From: a virus
IMG/VR virus record: IMGVR_UViG_3300017917_000784
Location: 21,170-85,169 of that record
Reading direction: 5' to 3' (one strand)
Length of the DNA stretch: 64,000 bases
Within the stretch, counting starts at the first letter, position 1. Every line of letters starts with the position of its first letter. Made by a program: the position numbers and the translations under genes. The notes under the pieces were generated by a model. It was given only the letters and a program-made list of their open reading frames with translations. It was not told where the DNA came from and did not search any database. Shown in pieces: positions 18,201 to 27,770 of this stretch.

Positions 18201-18947
18201 ATGACAGATAAAAAAGAAACAGCATTAGACGCACTAGCCGGCGACGGCGGATATCAAGAAGCATATCTAGCAGACGTAATCCGTACAAAAATGAAACGTG
18301 ACAAAAAGCGTTTCTGGGCAGGTGACAATATTTCAGACTATGTCACTGAAGAAATGAAACACAAACTTATCGATGAAGCAACAGAAGCATTTGAATTAGT
18401 GCTTGATCGTTTGCTTATTGATAGAGAAACAGATCCTAACAGTCAAGGAACAGCACGTAGGTTGGCTAAGATGTACTTTAACGAGATAATGAATGGAAGA
18501 TATGAGCCAAGCCCAGATTGTACAGCGTTTCCGAACGATTCGGCAGACCGCTATGAGGGTATGCTCGTGGTGCGTAGTGAACTTCGTAGTATGTGTAGCC
18601 ATCATCATCAACCTGTTGCTGGGGTTGCGTATATTGGCATCATTGCGGCAGAAAAACTGATTGGACTCAGTAAGTACACTCGTATTGCACAGTGGTGTGC
18701 TAGACGTGGTACTCTACAAGAAGAACTTGCTAATGACATTGCTCGTGAGATTGCTAAAGCAACCGGAGCAAAAGACGTAGGCGTCTATATTCAAGCCACA
18801 CACGGTTGTTGTGAAAATCGCGGAATTATGGCACATAGCAGTTTAACACAGACTACAGTGTTAAAAGGTGCATTTAAAGACGATGCAGGCACAAAGAAAG
18901 AGTTCTTTGATAACATTAAACTACAACAGGACTTTGCTCCTAGGTAA
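18201..18947 (+). CDS. folE: GTP cyclohydrolase I
   Basis: TARRLAKMY, SMCSHH, IGLSK, LQE, HGCCENRG. Confidence 0.96.
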   Translation: MTDKKETALDALAGDGGYQEAYLADVIRTKMKRDKKRFWAGDNISDYVTEEMKHKLIDEATEAFELVLDRLLIDRETDPNSQGTARRLAKMYFNEIMNGRYEPSPDCTAFPNDSADRYEGMLVVRSELRSMCSHHHQPVAGVAYIGIIAAEKLIGLSKYTRIAQWCARRGTLQEELANDIAREIAKATGAKDVGVYIQATHGCCENRGIMAHSSLTQTTVLKGAFKDDAGTKKEFFDNIKLQQDFAPR

Positions 18948-18957
18948 GGAAAAACAA

Positions 18958-19152
18958 ATGACACCAAAAGTAGAAAATATGAAAAAAGGTACATGTGGGT
19001 GCGGACGTAGCCCTACTGGAGATTGCATCGGCTGGCACGCCCTATCTGAAGAAGAATATCAAAAGAAAAAATCAGATTGGGAATTAGCCGAATATCGAAA
19101 ACAGGCTAACGAACTTTGGAACGATAGTTGTACTAGTGGAAGGGCAGAATAA
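18958..19152 (+). CDS. CDGSH-type [2Fe-2S] small protein
   Basis: CGCGRSPTGDCIGWH fits the 3Cys-1His CDGSH pattern; SD AAGGA. Confidence 0.75.
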   Translation: MTPKVENMKKGTCGCGRSPTGDCIGWHALSEEEYQKKKSDWELAEYRKQANELWNDSCTSGRAE

Positions 19153-19643
19153 TGGCTACTTGGAAAATTCGAAATTACTACAAAAAATCCATTGAAGAAC
19201 ACGAGCAGTTTAGCAAAGATGGCTTGACAATTACTCATAGAACAGGGTGGCGTTCAGGTAGTTGGTATGTTACTACTTCCGACGATGAACTTCCTGAATT
19301 TGAGTTTGACTATGTTCCAGGCGGAGATGGGCGCAAAGATAGTATCGATGTATATAACTTCCCTGGTCCAAACATTGAAGATGTTGAACTTATCGAAACA
19401 TTCGATGGTTGTTGGGAGGAATATGATTGGCCCGAGGAGTTGGATGAAGACGAACGTGCTCAACTAGAAGAACTTGTCGACGAAGAAGGTGTTTATGCTT
19501 TGGAAGAACATGGCTGGACACAGGAGGATACCCAATGTTGGATGTGGGGCCCTATTGTTATCGAAGACGAAGATGGTAATCAAGTAAAGATTATTATGGC
19601 CGACGAAGAAGGCAACTGTGTAGAGTTCAAGGAGGAAGAATGA
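19152..19643 (+). CDS. Highly acidic hypothetical protein
   Basis: Coupled ORF, very D/E-rich. Confidence 0.65.
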   Translation: MATWKIRNYYKKSIEEHEQFSKDGLTITHRTGWRSGSWYVTTSDDELPEFEFDYVPGGDGRKDSIDVYNFPGPNIEDVELIETFDGCWEEYDWPEELDEDERAQLEELVDEEGVYALEEHGWTQEDTQCWMWGPIVIEDEDGNQVKIIMADEEGNCVEFKEEE

Positions 19644-19855
19644 ACTCTGTAGACATGGCCAATGATTTAATTAATCGTGCTAAAAATCTAAAAAAGTTTG
19701 AAGTAAAGCGTATGCTCGAAAACGGAATCTTATTTAACGGTAGTGTACCTTTTGATATTAAAGGTAAAGACGACTGCTATTGGATTTATGCCTATGCTGT
19801 TACTCAAGAAGAAGCAGAAGCAAAAGTCGATGCGTGGCTAAAGGATCGTGTATGA
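19640..19855 (+). CDS. Hypothetical protein
   Basis: ATGA overlap, SD GGAGG. Confidence 0.65.
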   Translation: MNSVDMANDLINRAKNLKKFEVKRMLENGILFNGSVPFDIKGKDDCYWIYAYAVTQEEAEAKVDAWLKDRV

Positions 19856-20130
19856 AGTGGCTTAAAAGAAAACTACGCATTTGGCTTCAAGAAGAAGACA
19901 CGCTAGAATGTGCATCTATTGGAAAAATTCGAGTTTCAGAAGATTGTGTTGAAAGCGATCCTGTGTTAAACTTTAAAGTATATAATGCTATAGGTGGAAA
20001 GATTGTAGAGTTTAGGCACTATGATCGTCAGAAAGATCGAAATTTTAATCAAACCTATATCATTACTAATGATCAAGATTTTGGAGAACGAATTGCTAAA
20101 ATCGCAACTATGGAAGTATTAAAACAATGA
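19852..20130 (+). CDS. Hypothetical protein
   Basis: ATGA overlaps at both ends. Confidence 0.65.
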   Translation: MKWLKRKLRIWLQEEDTLECASIGKIRVSEDCVESDPVLNFKVYNAIGGKIVEFRHYDRQKDRNFNQTYIITNDQDFGERIAKIATMEVLKQ

Positions 20131-20987
20131 GTCAAATTAAACTTGCTGAATTATTTTACAGCATACAGGGCGAAGGACGCTACATGGGCGTCCCGTCTGT
20201 GTTTATGCGTACTTTTGGTTGTAACTTTAAATGTGCTGGCTTTGGTATGCCTAAAGGTGCAAATACTACAGAAGTAGAACCAATTGCCGCTAATGTGCAT
20301 CTTTACAAAAGTTACGAGGAATTGCCATTGGTTAGTACAGGCTGTGACAGTTATGCTAGTTGGCACCCTGCTTTTAAACATCTAAGTCCATTTTATACTA
20401 TTGATGAAATTATAGATAAAACATTAGCAGTATTGCCCAACAAGCAATGGGAAGATGAACACTTGGTCATTACAGGTGGTGAACCTTTACTAGGGTGGCA
20501 ACGTGAGTACGAAGCATTAATTAGCGATCCTCGTATGCGTGGTTTAAAAGAAATTACATTTGAAACTAACGGTACTCAAGAACTACATCGTAGTTTTAAA
20601 GACTTTTTAATTGCATGGCAACAACCTCCGTTGGGTATGCCTAAAACTCACGAAGTAACATTTAGTGTTAGTGCTAAACTTAGTTGCAGTGGTGAAAGTC
20701 GAGCAGATGCTATTAAGCCAGACGTAGTATGTTCTTATCAAGAAGTAGGATATACATATCTTAAATTTGTAATTGCTACAGAAGAAGACGCAGAAGAAGC
20801 ATTAGAAACTTTAGATATCTATCGTGCTGAAGGATTTACAGGTCCTTGTTATTTGATGCCTGTTGGCGGAGTTGAAAGTGTTTATACGCTAAACAATCGT
20901 CGAGTGGCAGAATTTGCAATGAAAAACGGGTTGCGTTATTCGGATCGCCTACAAGTACCTTTATTTAAAAATGAGTGGGGTACATAA
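20127..20987 (+). CDS. queE: 7-carboxy-7-deazaguanine synthase (radical SAM)
   Basis: ELFYSIQGEG, PSVFMRTFGCNFKC...CD, ITGGEPLL, ETNGT, SDRLQ. Confidence 0.92.
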   Translation: MSQIKLAELFYSIQGEGRYMGVPSVFMRTFGCNFKCAGFGMPKGANTTEVEPIAANVHLYKSYEELPLVSTGCDSYASWHPAFKHLSPFYTIDEIIDKTLAVLPNKQWEDEHLVITGGEPLLGWQREYEALISDPRMRGLKEITFETNGTQELHRSFKDFLIAWQQPPLGMPKTHEVTFSVSAKLSCSGESRADAIKPDVVCSYQEVGYTYLKFVIATEEDAEEALETLDIYRAEGFTGPCYLMPVGGVESVYTLNNRRVAEFAMKNGLRYSDRLQVPLFKNEWGT

Positions 20988-21418
20988 TGAAAAACATTAT
21001 TAAAAGAGTATTTGGCATTGATAAGTTAGAGCAAGCCAAACAAGAAGCCAAACAAGCGGCAGAAGAAGCACTAAAAATAGCAGAGGACGCTAAACGTGCG
21101 GCAGAAGAAGCATTGATGACTCCAAAAGAGCGTGCCACTGCTAGAGGTGAGCCCTATGTTGGTGTATTGGAAACTCACGTCAATAAAGAAAATCTACGTA
21201 ACGGTTTTTTTGAACTTGACTGGAACGACCAATTTGTGTTACAATTAAAGCAAGAAGGTTATGGTTTTGACGGCGATCCAGATGAAGAAATTGTGGATCG
21301 TTGGTTTAGAACTTTATGTCGAGACATAGCCGGCGAAGAGGGCATTGATATGACTGACCGTGGTGCTGGTTTTATTAATGTTAGAAAAATTGCTGAAGGT
21401 AAATCGGAAGTTTCATGA
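20987..21418 (+). CDS. Hypothetical protein
   Basis: TAATG overlap; coiled-coil N-terminus, GFFELDWND. Confidence 0.65.
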   Translation: MKNIIKRVFGIDKLEQAKQEAKQAAEEALKIAEDAKRAAEEALMTPKERATARGEPYVGVLETHVNKENLRNGFFELDWNDQFVLQLKQEGYGFDGDPDEEIVDRWFRTLCRDIAGEEGIDMTDRGAGFINVRKIAEGKSEVS

Positions 21419-22383
21419 CATACATTTTAGTTGATACTGCTAATACATTCTTTCGTGCAAGACACGTAATTAAGGGCGATGCCGATATTAAACTTGGCAT
21501 GGCATTCCATATCACACTTAACAGTATCAAGAAAGCATGGCAAGATTTTGAAGGTAGCCATGTAGTTTTCTGCTTAGAAGGTCGCAGTTGGCGTAAGGAT
21601 TACTACGAACCTTATAAACGCAATCGTAGTGATGCTCGTGCGGCGCTGACACCTAAGGAACAAGAAGAAGATCAATTGTTCTGGGAAAGTTTTGACATGT
21701 TCAAAGACTTTATTGCAGAAAAGACTAATTGTACTGTGCTACAGCATCCTCAACTAGAAGCAGATGACTTAATTGCTGGCTGGATTCAAAGTCATCCTGA
21801 TTCAAAACATGTTATTATCAGTACCGACAGCGATTTTGTTCAACTCATTGCGCCCAATGTAAGTCAATATAATGGTGTTATGGAACATCACATCACACAC
21901 GAAGGTATATTTGATAAAAAAGGTAATCGTGTTTTAGATACTAAAACTAAAGAGCCTAAGGCTATTCCAGACCCGCAGTGGCTACTATTTGAAAAATGTA
22001 TTCGTGGAGACAGCAGTGATAACGTATTTTCTGCATATCCAAAAGTGCGTAAAAACAAATTAGAGGAAGCCTTCCGAGATAGACAAAATAAAGGGTTTGC
22101 ATGGAATAATCTTATGCTACAACGTTGGGTTGATCATAACGGCGAAGAACATCGTGTGTTGGAAGACTACGAACGTAATCGTAAATTAATTGACCTTACA
22201 CAACAGCCAGACGATATTAAAGAAAAAATATTTGGTACTATTAAAGAAAATATTGATAAAGAAAAAAATGTAAGTCAAGTTGGTATTCGTTTACTTAAAT
22301 TTTGCCAACTATATGATCTTAAGAAAATTTCTGAACAGGCACAACAATATGCCGAACCACTTAATGCGAGATATCATAAATGA
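21415..22383 (+). CDS. rnh: RNase H / 5'-3' exonuclease (T4 Rnh, FEN family)
   Basis: ILVD, YKRNR, EADD, STDSDFVQL, GDSSDN, NRKLIDL. Confidence 0.93.
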   Translation: MTYILVDTANTFFRARHVIKGDADIKLGMAFHITLNSIKKAWQDFEGSHVVFCLEGRSWRKDYYEPYKRNRSDARAALTPKEQEEDQLFWESFDMFKDFIAEKTNCTVLQHPQLEADDLIAGWIQSHPDSKHVIISTDSDFVQLIAPNVSQYNGVMEHHITHEGIFDKKGNRVLDTKTKEPKAIPDPQWLLFEKCIRGDSSDNVFSAYPKVRKNKLEEAFRDRQNKGFAWNNLMLQRWVDHNGEEHRVLEDYERNRKLIDLTQQPDDIKEKIFGTIKENIDKEKNVSQVGIRLLKFCQLYDLKKISEQAQQYAEPLNARYHK

Positions 22384-22916
22384 ATGCTTGTCAATATGTT
22401 GACACTTGTGAAAGTAAAACTGAAAATTGCTGGGAGAAAACAGTGAATGAATTACATGCTAAACCTATTGTAGATGGTAAATTCTGGATTGTCGAAGATC
22501 ACGGAAACAAAGTGGGTATTCTTAAAGTTACTGAACAGAAAAAATATGTTTTTAGTAGTAAGGATACTGTTACTACTTTCGATAATAAGAAAAAACTTTT
22601 TGAAACATTTGGAAAGAACTTTTTCGTAGCCAAATCATTCGAAGTTAAACAAGAAATTGAAAAAGAAGTCCACGGGTACCCTGCAAGTAGCGAACCACAT
22701 AATCCAATGTTCGATGTAAGACGCAATCTTCCGCTGTTTACAAAAAGCGGTAAATCAAAGTCAGTTTATTGTGCAGGATACTATATTATTAAGTTTAACA
22801 AAGGTTGGGTTAAAAGTTTCTGTCCTAAATTGATTACTATTGAAAGAAATCCGTACGAAGGGCCGTTTAAAACTCAATTAGAAATGAAGCAGAGGTTATC
22901 CAGTGTCTCAAAATAA
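22380..22916 (+). CDS. Hypothetical protein
   Basis: Coupled ORF; LPLFTKS...YCAGYY...FCPK. Confidence 0.65.
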   Translation: MNACQYVDTCESKTENCWEKTVNELHAKPIVDGKFWIVEDHGNKVGILKVTEQKKYVFSSKDTVTTFDNKKKLFETFGKNFFVAKSFEVKQEIEKEVHGYPASSEPHNPMFDVRRNLPLFTKSGKSKSVYCAGYYIIKFNKGWVKSFCPKLITIERNPYEGPFKTQLEMKQRLSSVSK

Positions 22917-23148
22917 TTTAATTAATACAACATCTATTCAGCAGTTTATTAATCAAGTTAAGGGTGCCGAAAATAGCAACCAGCGAGAGATCAAACTGGA
23001 TATTACTACTGCTAAAAATCTTAGTCACACGTTAGCACTAGTAATGACACGACTAGCAGGTAATTACGAAGGCTTGATACAAAAAACCTCTAGTAATGAA
23101 CCAGAAGTACAGGTAAAAATGGACGGCGGTAGTTGGGATAAAAACTGA
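22903..23148 (+). CDS. Hypothetical protein
   Basis: GTG start with SD GAGG. Confidence 0.6.
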   Translation: MSQNNLINTTSIQQFINQVKGAENSNQREIKLDITTAKNLSHTLALVMTRLAGNYEGLIQKTSSNEPEVQVKMDGGSWDKN

Positions 23149-23158
23149 CCTAGATGGG

Positions 23159-23193
23159 CTAAATATACGCATATATTGGAGATATGTGTATAT
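23159..23193 (+). promoter_or_regulatory. Late-type CTAAATA motif overlapping an RBS-sequestering hairpin
   Basis: ATATACGCATAT (23163-23174) pairs with ATATGTGTATAT (23182-23193) around the loop ATTGGAG. Confidence 0.5.
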
Positions 23194-23476
23194 GAGCCGT
23201 CCAAAGCCAACTGTAATACTAGAAAACATAAACAAGAAAACTTTTAAAAGCGATCAAATATTAGAAGCAGAAGCCATCTGGGCCGTGTTCTTTAAAGGTC
23301 GTCCTTTTAATTTAAAAAGTCAGAATAGTCTAGGCGGCTACGCTGGCAGTAAGTATAAAAAAGTAAGTTTCTCTAATCCAGGCCATGCACACAATTTGGC
23401 AAAAAAACTAAACACCATGTTCAATTCTAAAGACTTTGCGGTTGTAAAATTAACGCAAGGCGAAGAAGTGAAATGA
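23192..23476 (+). CDS. Hypothetical protein (basic)
   Basis: MSRPKP start with SD GGAG. Confidence 0.7.
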   Translation: MSRPKPTVILENINKKTFKSDQILEAEAIWAVFFKGRPFNLKSQNSLGGYAGSKYKKVSFSNPGHAHNLAKKLNTMFNSKDFAVVKLTQGEEVK

Positions 23477-23859
23477 ATCAAGAAACATATACACGAATTT
23501 TCTTAAAATCTGCCGAACAATCCATCACAGAAGAAAATGTAAAAATACATCTTCGTAAATGGTGGAAAAATACTAGACTTAAAAAAGAAGGCGGTTTACG
23601 CCTCACAGACGAAGGTTTAGACTTTGTTAAAAATACATTAGACTTAAGAGTCTACGAAGTTCCATTTCCTTTAAGTTTAGATTTAAAACCAGAAGTTATA
23701 CTTTTTTTGGACAAGTTTATCGATTGTCCATATCATCTCAGTGAAGAATCTATAACAGTGCTCAGTGAACGTAAAAATTTTGAACTTCACTTATTTGCAG
23801 GCGATGTTCATAGATACGGTTTAATAAAGGCTATGAAAAGAAAAAATGGGGAACAATGA
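23473..23859 (+). CDS. Hypothetical protein
   Basis: ATGA overlap; GGLRLTDEG. Confidence 0.65.
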   Translation: MNQETYTRIFLKSAEQSITEENVKIHLRKWWKNTRLKKEGGLRLTDEGLDFVKNTLDLRVYEVPFPLSLDLKPEVILFLDKFIDCPYHLSEESITVLSERKNFELHLFAGDVHRYGLIKAMKRKNGEQ

Positions 23860-25337
23860 AATTTCACGGATTACTCTTCAATGCTTGCACACTAAGATTT
23901 CGAAGAAATTTAGGTCCTTATAGACTAGCACATTTTTTAAGAGAAGAAGGTTGGGACATAGAAGTTTGTGAATGGGTTCCTTTTTGGCCTTTAGAAAAAC
24001 TTAAAGAATACGCCCTTAGTCGAGTTACAAGTGATACTAAATTTTTTGGGTTTAGTGGTCATATGTGTTATTGGGATGATAACTTAAACGAGTTTGCAGG
24101 ATGGTTGAAACAACAATGGCCAAATATTACTATTATATACGGTGGTCAAAGTCGCCCTCAAATGGACAGCAAGTATATAGACATCTACATTTCAGGGTAT
24201 AGCGAAGTAGCAATTAAAGAAGTATTGAAATACATAGCCGGTAATGGTACTATATCCGATCTGCGATTAGATGCTAATTGGTTATTACGAGGGAAAAAAG
24301 TTATAGATGCTAACGTAGCATTTGATCTTGCTGTTCCTAAAAGTTTAATGGTCAAATATCAGGATCGAGATTATATATTTCCCGACGAATGGCTTATTAT
24401 TGAATTTAGCAGGGGCTGTAAATTTGAGTGTGTATTTTGCAATCACCCTGTATTAGGTGTCAAAGGCGATACTAGTCGTAGTCAAGAAGATTTTATAGAA
24501 CAAGTGCAAGATGCCTATGATAGATTTGGTAGCACTAGATATTATGTAGCAGATGAAACATTTAATGATCGAACAGAAAAGATTGTAAAGTTTGCAGACG
24601 CTGTAGAAAGATTACCCTTTGAACCATTCTTTCACGGATTTATTAGAAGTGACTTACTAGTTGCTAGAGAAGAAGATCGACATCATCTAGCTCGTATGAA
24701 CTTTCGTAGTCATTTTTACGGAGTTGAAACTTTTAATCATGCCAGTGGAAAGTTAGTAGGTAAAGGCATGAACCCAGAAAAACATAAACAAGGTTTAATC
24801 GATGTACGTCGATATTTTGAAACACAAGGGAACGGAATATATAAAGGACAAATAGCATTAGTATTAGGGTTGCCTCACGAAACATGGGATACACTAAACA
24901 GCACATGGAAGTGGTTAAACGAAAATTGGGCAGGACAGGCTATAGACCCTAGTCCACTACAAATAAGCAAAGATGATATGTTAGATAAACCTAGCATTAT
25001 TGATCGAGAATGGCGTAATTGGGGGTATCGAGAATCTAACCAGCCGTTGGAAGGTTTAAATTTTGTACAGGACGAATTGGAATTAACAGAATTAGCGGCT
25101 TTATTGAATTGGGAAAATGATCAATTCAATTTTAACGATATGAGAAAACTTGCAGATCAATGGATGGATGACGGTATGCATACATTTACCCCTCATGCGT
25201 GGGCATGGGAATGGCCGTTAATGGTTGTTGATAATGATTTGAAAAAAGCCATGAATGTAAAAATGAGCGAAATTTTTGGGTTGGACGACCGACATTTATT
25301 GTTAGTAGACGCTTACATCTCCAAAAAACTTAATTGA
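23856..25337 (+). CDS. Radical SAM protein with B12-binding-like N-terminal domain (class B type)
   Basis: LGPYRLAHFLR, YGG, SRGCKFECVFC, ADETF, GVETF, VLGLPHET. Confidence 0.85.
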   Translation: MKFHGLLFNACTLRFRRNLGPYRLAHFLREEGWDIEVCEWVPFWPLEKLKEYALSRVTSDTKFFGFSGHMCYWDDNLNEFAGWLKQQWPNITIIYGGQSRPQMDSKYIDIYISGYSEVAIKEVLKYIAGNGTISDLRLDANWLLRGKKVIDANVAFDLAVPKSLMVKYQDRDYIFPDEWLIIEFSRGCKFECVFCNHPVLGVKGDTSRSQEDFIEQVQDAYDRFGSTRYYVADETFNDRTEKIVKFADAVERLPFEPFFHGFIRSDLLVAREEDRHHLARMNFRSHFYGVETFNHASGKLVGKGMNPEKHKQGLIDVRRYFETQGNGIYKGQIALVLGLPHETWDTLNSTWKWLNENWAGQAIDPSPLQISKDDMLDKPSIIDREWRNWGYRESNQPLEGLNFVQDELELTELAALLNWENDQFNFNDMRKLADQWMDDGMHTFTPHAWAWEWPLMVVDNDLKKAMNVKMSEIFGLDDRHLLLVDAYISKKLN

Positions 25338-25349
25338 TTTAAAAAGAAG

Positions 25350-25378
25350 TTGACAGAATCGCGCAGTGATAATATACT
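25350..25378 (+). promoter_or_regulatory. Sigma70 promoter of the AAA+ ATPase gene
   Basis: TTGACA, 17-nt spacer, TATACT; SD AAGGAG before ATG 25419. Confidence 0.8.
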
Positions 25379-25418
25379 ATTGATACTGCGAAACTGATTC
25401 AACTTTTAAGGAGCAATA

Positions 25419-26513
25419 ATGGCAGCAGAAATTATCAATCGTCAAGTCAGTCCTAATGGTGCTAAAAACGCTATCCGTAAGGCATTTAAGAAACAGCGTC
25501 CAATTTTCCTTTGGGGTCCTCCAGGGATTGGCAAGTCCGATATTATTCACCAAATTGGTGCAGAAATGTTGGCTCATGTAATCGATATTCGTTTGAGTCT
25601 TTGGGAACCTACTGATATTAAAGGTATTCCGTATTTTGATAGTAATTCAGGTACTATGGTTTGGGGTGCTCCTTCCGAACTGCCTAATAAAGAATTTGCT
25701 AGCCAATTTCCAAACGTAATCTTGTTCCTAGACGAAATGAACAGTGCGGCGCCTAGCGTACAGGCTGCGGCTTATCAACTTATTTTGAATCGCCGTGTTG
25801 GTCAATATCACCTTCCAGATAACGTGCTGATTGTGGCCGCTGGTAACCGTGAAGCAGACAAAGGTGTTACTTATCGTATGCCTGCTCCGTTGGCTAATCG
25901 TTTCTTGCACTTGGAAATGCGTGTAGACTTCGATGATTGGGCACAATGGGCTACTGATAATCGTGTTCACAAAGATGTAGTTGGTTACTGTACTTTTGCC
26001 AAAAAAGACTTGTACGACTTTGATCCAAAATCTGCAAGCCGTAGTTTTGCTACTCCTCGTAGTTGGAGTTTCGTATCTGAACTGCTCGAAGACGATGACA
26101 CCGACGAAACTGTTCTTATGGATCTAGTGTCTGGTGCTGTAGGCGAAGGATTGGCTGTTAAGTTTATGGCTCATCGAAAGATTGCCAGCAAGATGCCAAA
26201 GCCTGAGGATATTCTTGCAGGCAAGGTTAAGAAAATGGACACTAAAGAGATTTCGGCCATGTACTCACTGACTGTGTCTCTATGCTATGAGCTCAAAGAT
26301 TCATCTGATAAAAACGACAAGAAGTTTAACGAAAAAGTTAATTATTTCTTCCGTTTTATGATGGATAATTTTGAAACTGAATTGGTTGTTATGGGCACTA
26401 AACTTGCTCTTACCCAATATCAACTTCCGTTGGATCCGGACGAAATTGACTGCTTTGATGAGTTCCACGATAAGTTTGGTAAGTATATTGCGGCCGCTCA
26501 ACATAAGAACTAA
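25419..26513 (+). CDS. MoxR-like AAA+ ATPase
   Basis: Walker A GPPGIGKS, Walker B LFLDE, AAGN, PLANRF, TPRSW. Confidence 0.93.
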   Translation: MAAEIINRQVSPNGAKNAIRKAFKKQRPIFLWGPPGIGKSDIIHQIGAEMLAHVIDIRLSLWEPTDIKGIPYFDSNSGTMVWGAPSELPNKEFASQFPNVILFLDEMNSAAPSVQAAAYQLILNRRVGQYHLPDNVLIVAAGNREADKGVTYRMPAPLANRFLHLEMRVDFDDWAQWATDNRVHKDVVGYCTFAKKDLYDFDPKSASRSFATPRSWSFVSELLEDDDTDETVLMDLVSGAVGEGLAVKFMAHRKIASKMPKPEDILAGKVKKMDTKEISAMYSLTVSLCYELKDSSDKNDKKFNEKVNYFFRFMMDNFETELVVMGTKLALTQYQLPLDPDEIDCFDEFHDKFGKYIAAAQHKN

Positions 26514-26519
26514 AACCCA

Positions 26520-26546
26520 AAAGGCGCAGAAATGCGCCTTTCTCTT
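26520..26546 (+). terminator. Intrinsic terminator-like hairpin
   Basis: AAAGGCGCA-GAAA-TGCGCCTTT followed by CTCTT, just after the ATPase stop. Confidence 0.65.
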
Positions 26547-26573
26547 GACAAAAACATCGAGAGAGCATATAAT
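26545..26573 (+). promoter_or_regulatory. Perfect-consensus sigma70 promoter of the vWA gene
   Basis: TTGACA (26545-26550), 17-nt spacer, TATAAT (26568-26573); SD AAGGAG. Confidence 0.85.
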
Positions 26574-26597
26574 ATATACATAAGTTAAGGAGCAGAT

Positions 26598-27770
26598 ATG
26601 TACCAAGATCCAATCGTTGATAAAATTGTTATTGCTCGTGTAGGGCTGTTGCTACGTCATCCATTTTTTGGAAATATGGCTACCCGAATGAAATTGGTAG
26701 ATGCCAGCGATTGGCTTCCCACTGCCGCAACTGATTTTCGTAATTTTTATTACAATCGAGAGTTTTTTGAAAAACTTAATCCGCGACAAGTGGAGTTTGT
26801 TGTAGCACACGAAATTCTACACTGTGTTTATGACCATATGAGTCGACGTGAAAGTCGCGATCCCCAAATTTTTAATATTGCCTGCGATTACTGTGTAAAC
26901 GGACTTTTGAAACGTGAGCGTATCGGCGAAGATCCTCCTGTAAAGTTTTTCCATGATTCTAAGTATTACGGTTGGAGTGCTGAACAAGTTTATGACGAAA
27001 TTTATTCAAAGTACGACGAAGAGCAACTAAAACAACTTGGCGAATTATTGGATGAGCATTTGGATGGCGAAGGCGATGGCAAAGATGGTCAACCAAAGTA
27101 CAGTAAAGAAGAACTTAAAAAGATTCGCGACGAAATCAAAGAAGCAATGATTCAGGCCGCACAAGCCGCAGGTGCAGGTAATGTTCCTGGCGAAATTGCT
27201 CGTATGATTAAAGAAATGACTGAGCCCAAGATGAACTGGCGTGAACTGTTGCGTCAGCAAATCCAAAGCACAATTAAAAATGATTTTAGTTTTAGTCGTC
27301 CTAGCCGTAAAGGCCAAATGACTGGTGCTATTCTTCCTGGCACTAACTTTGATACTACTATTGATATCTGCGTTAGTCTTGACATGAGCGGTTCTATTAC
27401 AGACGCTATGGGTTCAGATTTTCTAGGTGAGATTAAAGGCATTATGGACGAGTTTAAAGACTTTAATCTTAAAGTTTGGTGCTTTGATACTCGCGTGTAT
27501 AACGAGCAAGACTTTGATGGCTATAACGGAGATAGTATTAGTGAATATGAATTACACGGAGGCGGTGGTACTGACTTTATGTGTAATTGGGAATATATGA
27601 AAGAGCATGATATTGTTCCTAAAAAGTTTATTATGTTTACTGATGGATATCCTTGGGATAGTTGGGGCGACGAAGATTATTGCGACACTATCTTTGTTAT
27701 TCACGGAAATGAAAGTATTGTTCCTCCCTGGGGACAGTATGCTTATTACGAAGCACCTAAAAAATCGTGA
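26598..27770 (+). CDS. Metallopeptidase-like plus vWA domain protein (DUF2201 type)
   Basis: HEILH zincin motif; MIDAS DMSGS, GGGGTDF, FTDG. Confidence 0.9.
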   Translation: MYQDPIVDKIVIARVGLLLRHPFFGNMATRMKLVDASDWLPTAATDFRNFYYNREFFEKLNPRQVEFVVAHEILHCVYDHMSRRESRDPQIFNIACDYCVNGLLKRERIGEDPPVKFFHDSKYYGWSAEQVYDEIYSKYDEEQLKQLGELLDEHLDGEGDGKDGQPKYSKEELKKIRDEIKEAMIQAAQAAGAGNVPGEIARMIKEMTEPKMNWRELLRQQIQSTIKNDFSFSRPSRKGQMTGAILPGTNFDTTIDICVSLDMSGSITDAMGSDFLGEIKGIMDEFKDFNLKVWCFDTRVYNEQDFDGYNGDSISEYELHGGGGTDFMCNWEYMKEHDIVPKKFIMFTDGYPWDSWGDEDYCDTIFVIHGNESIVPPWGQYAYYEAPKKS

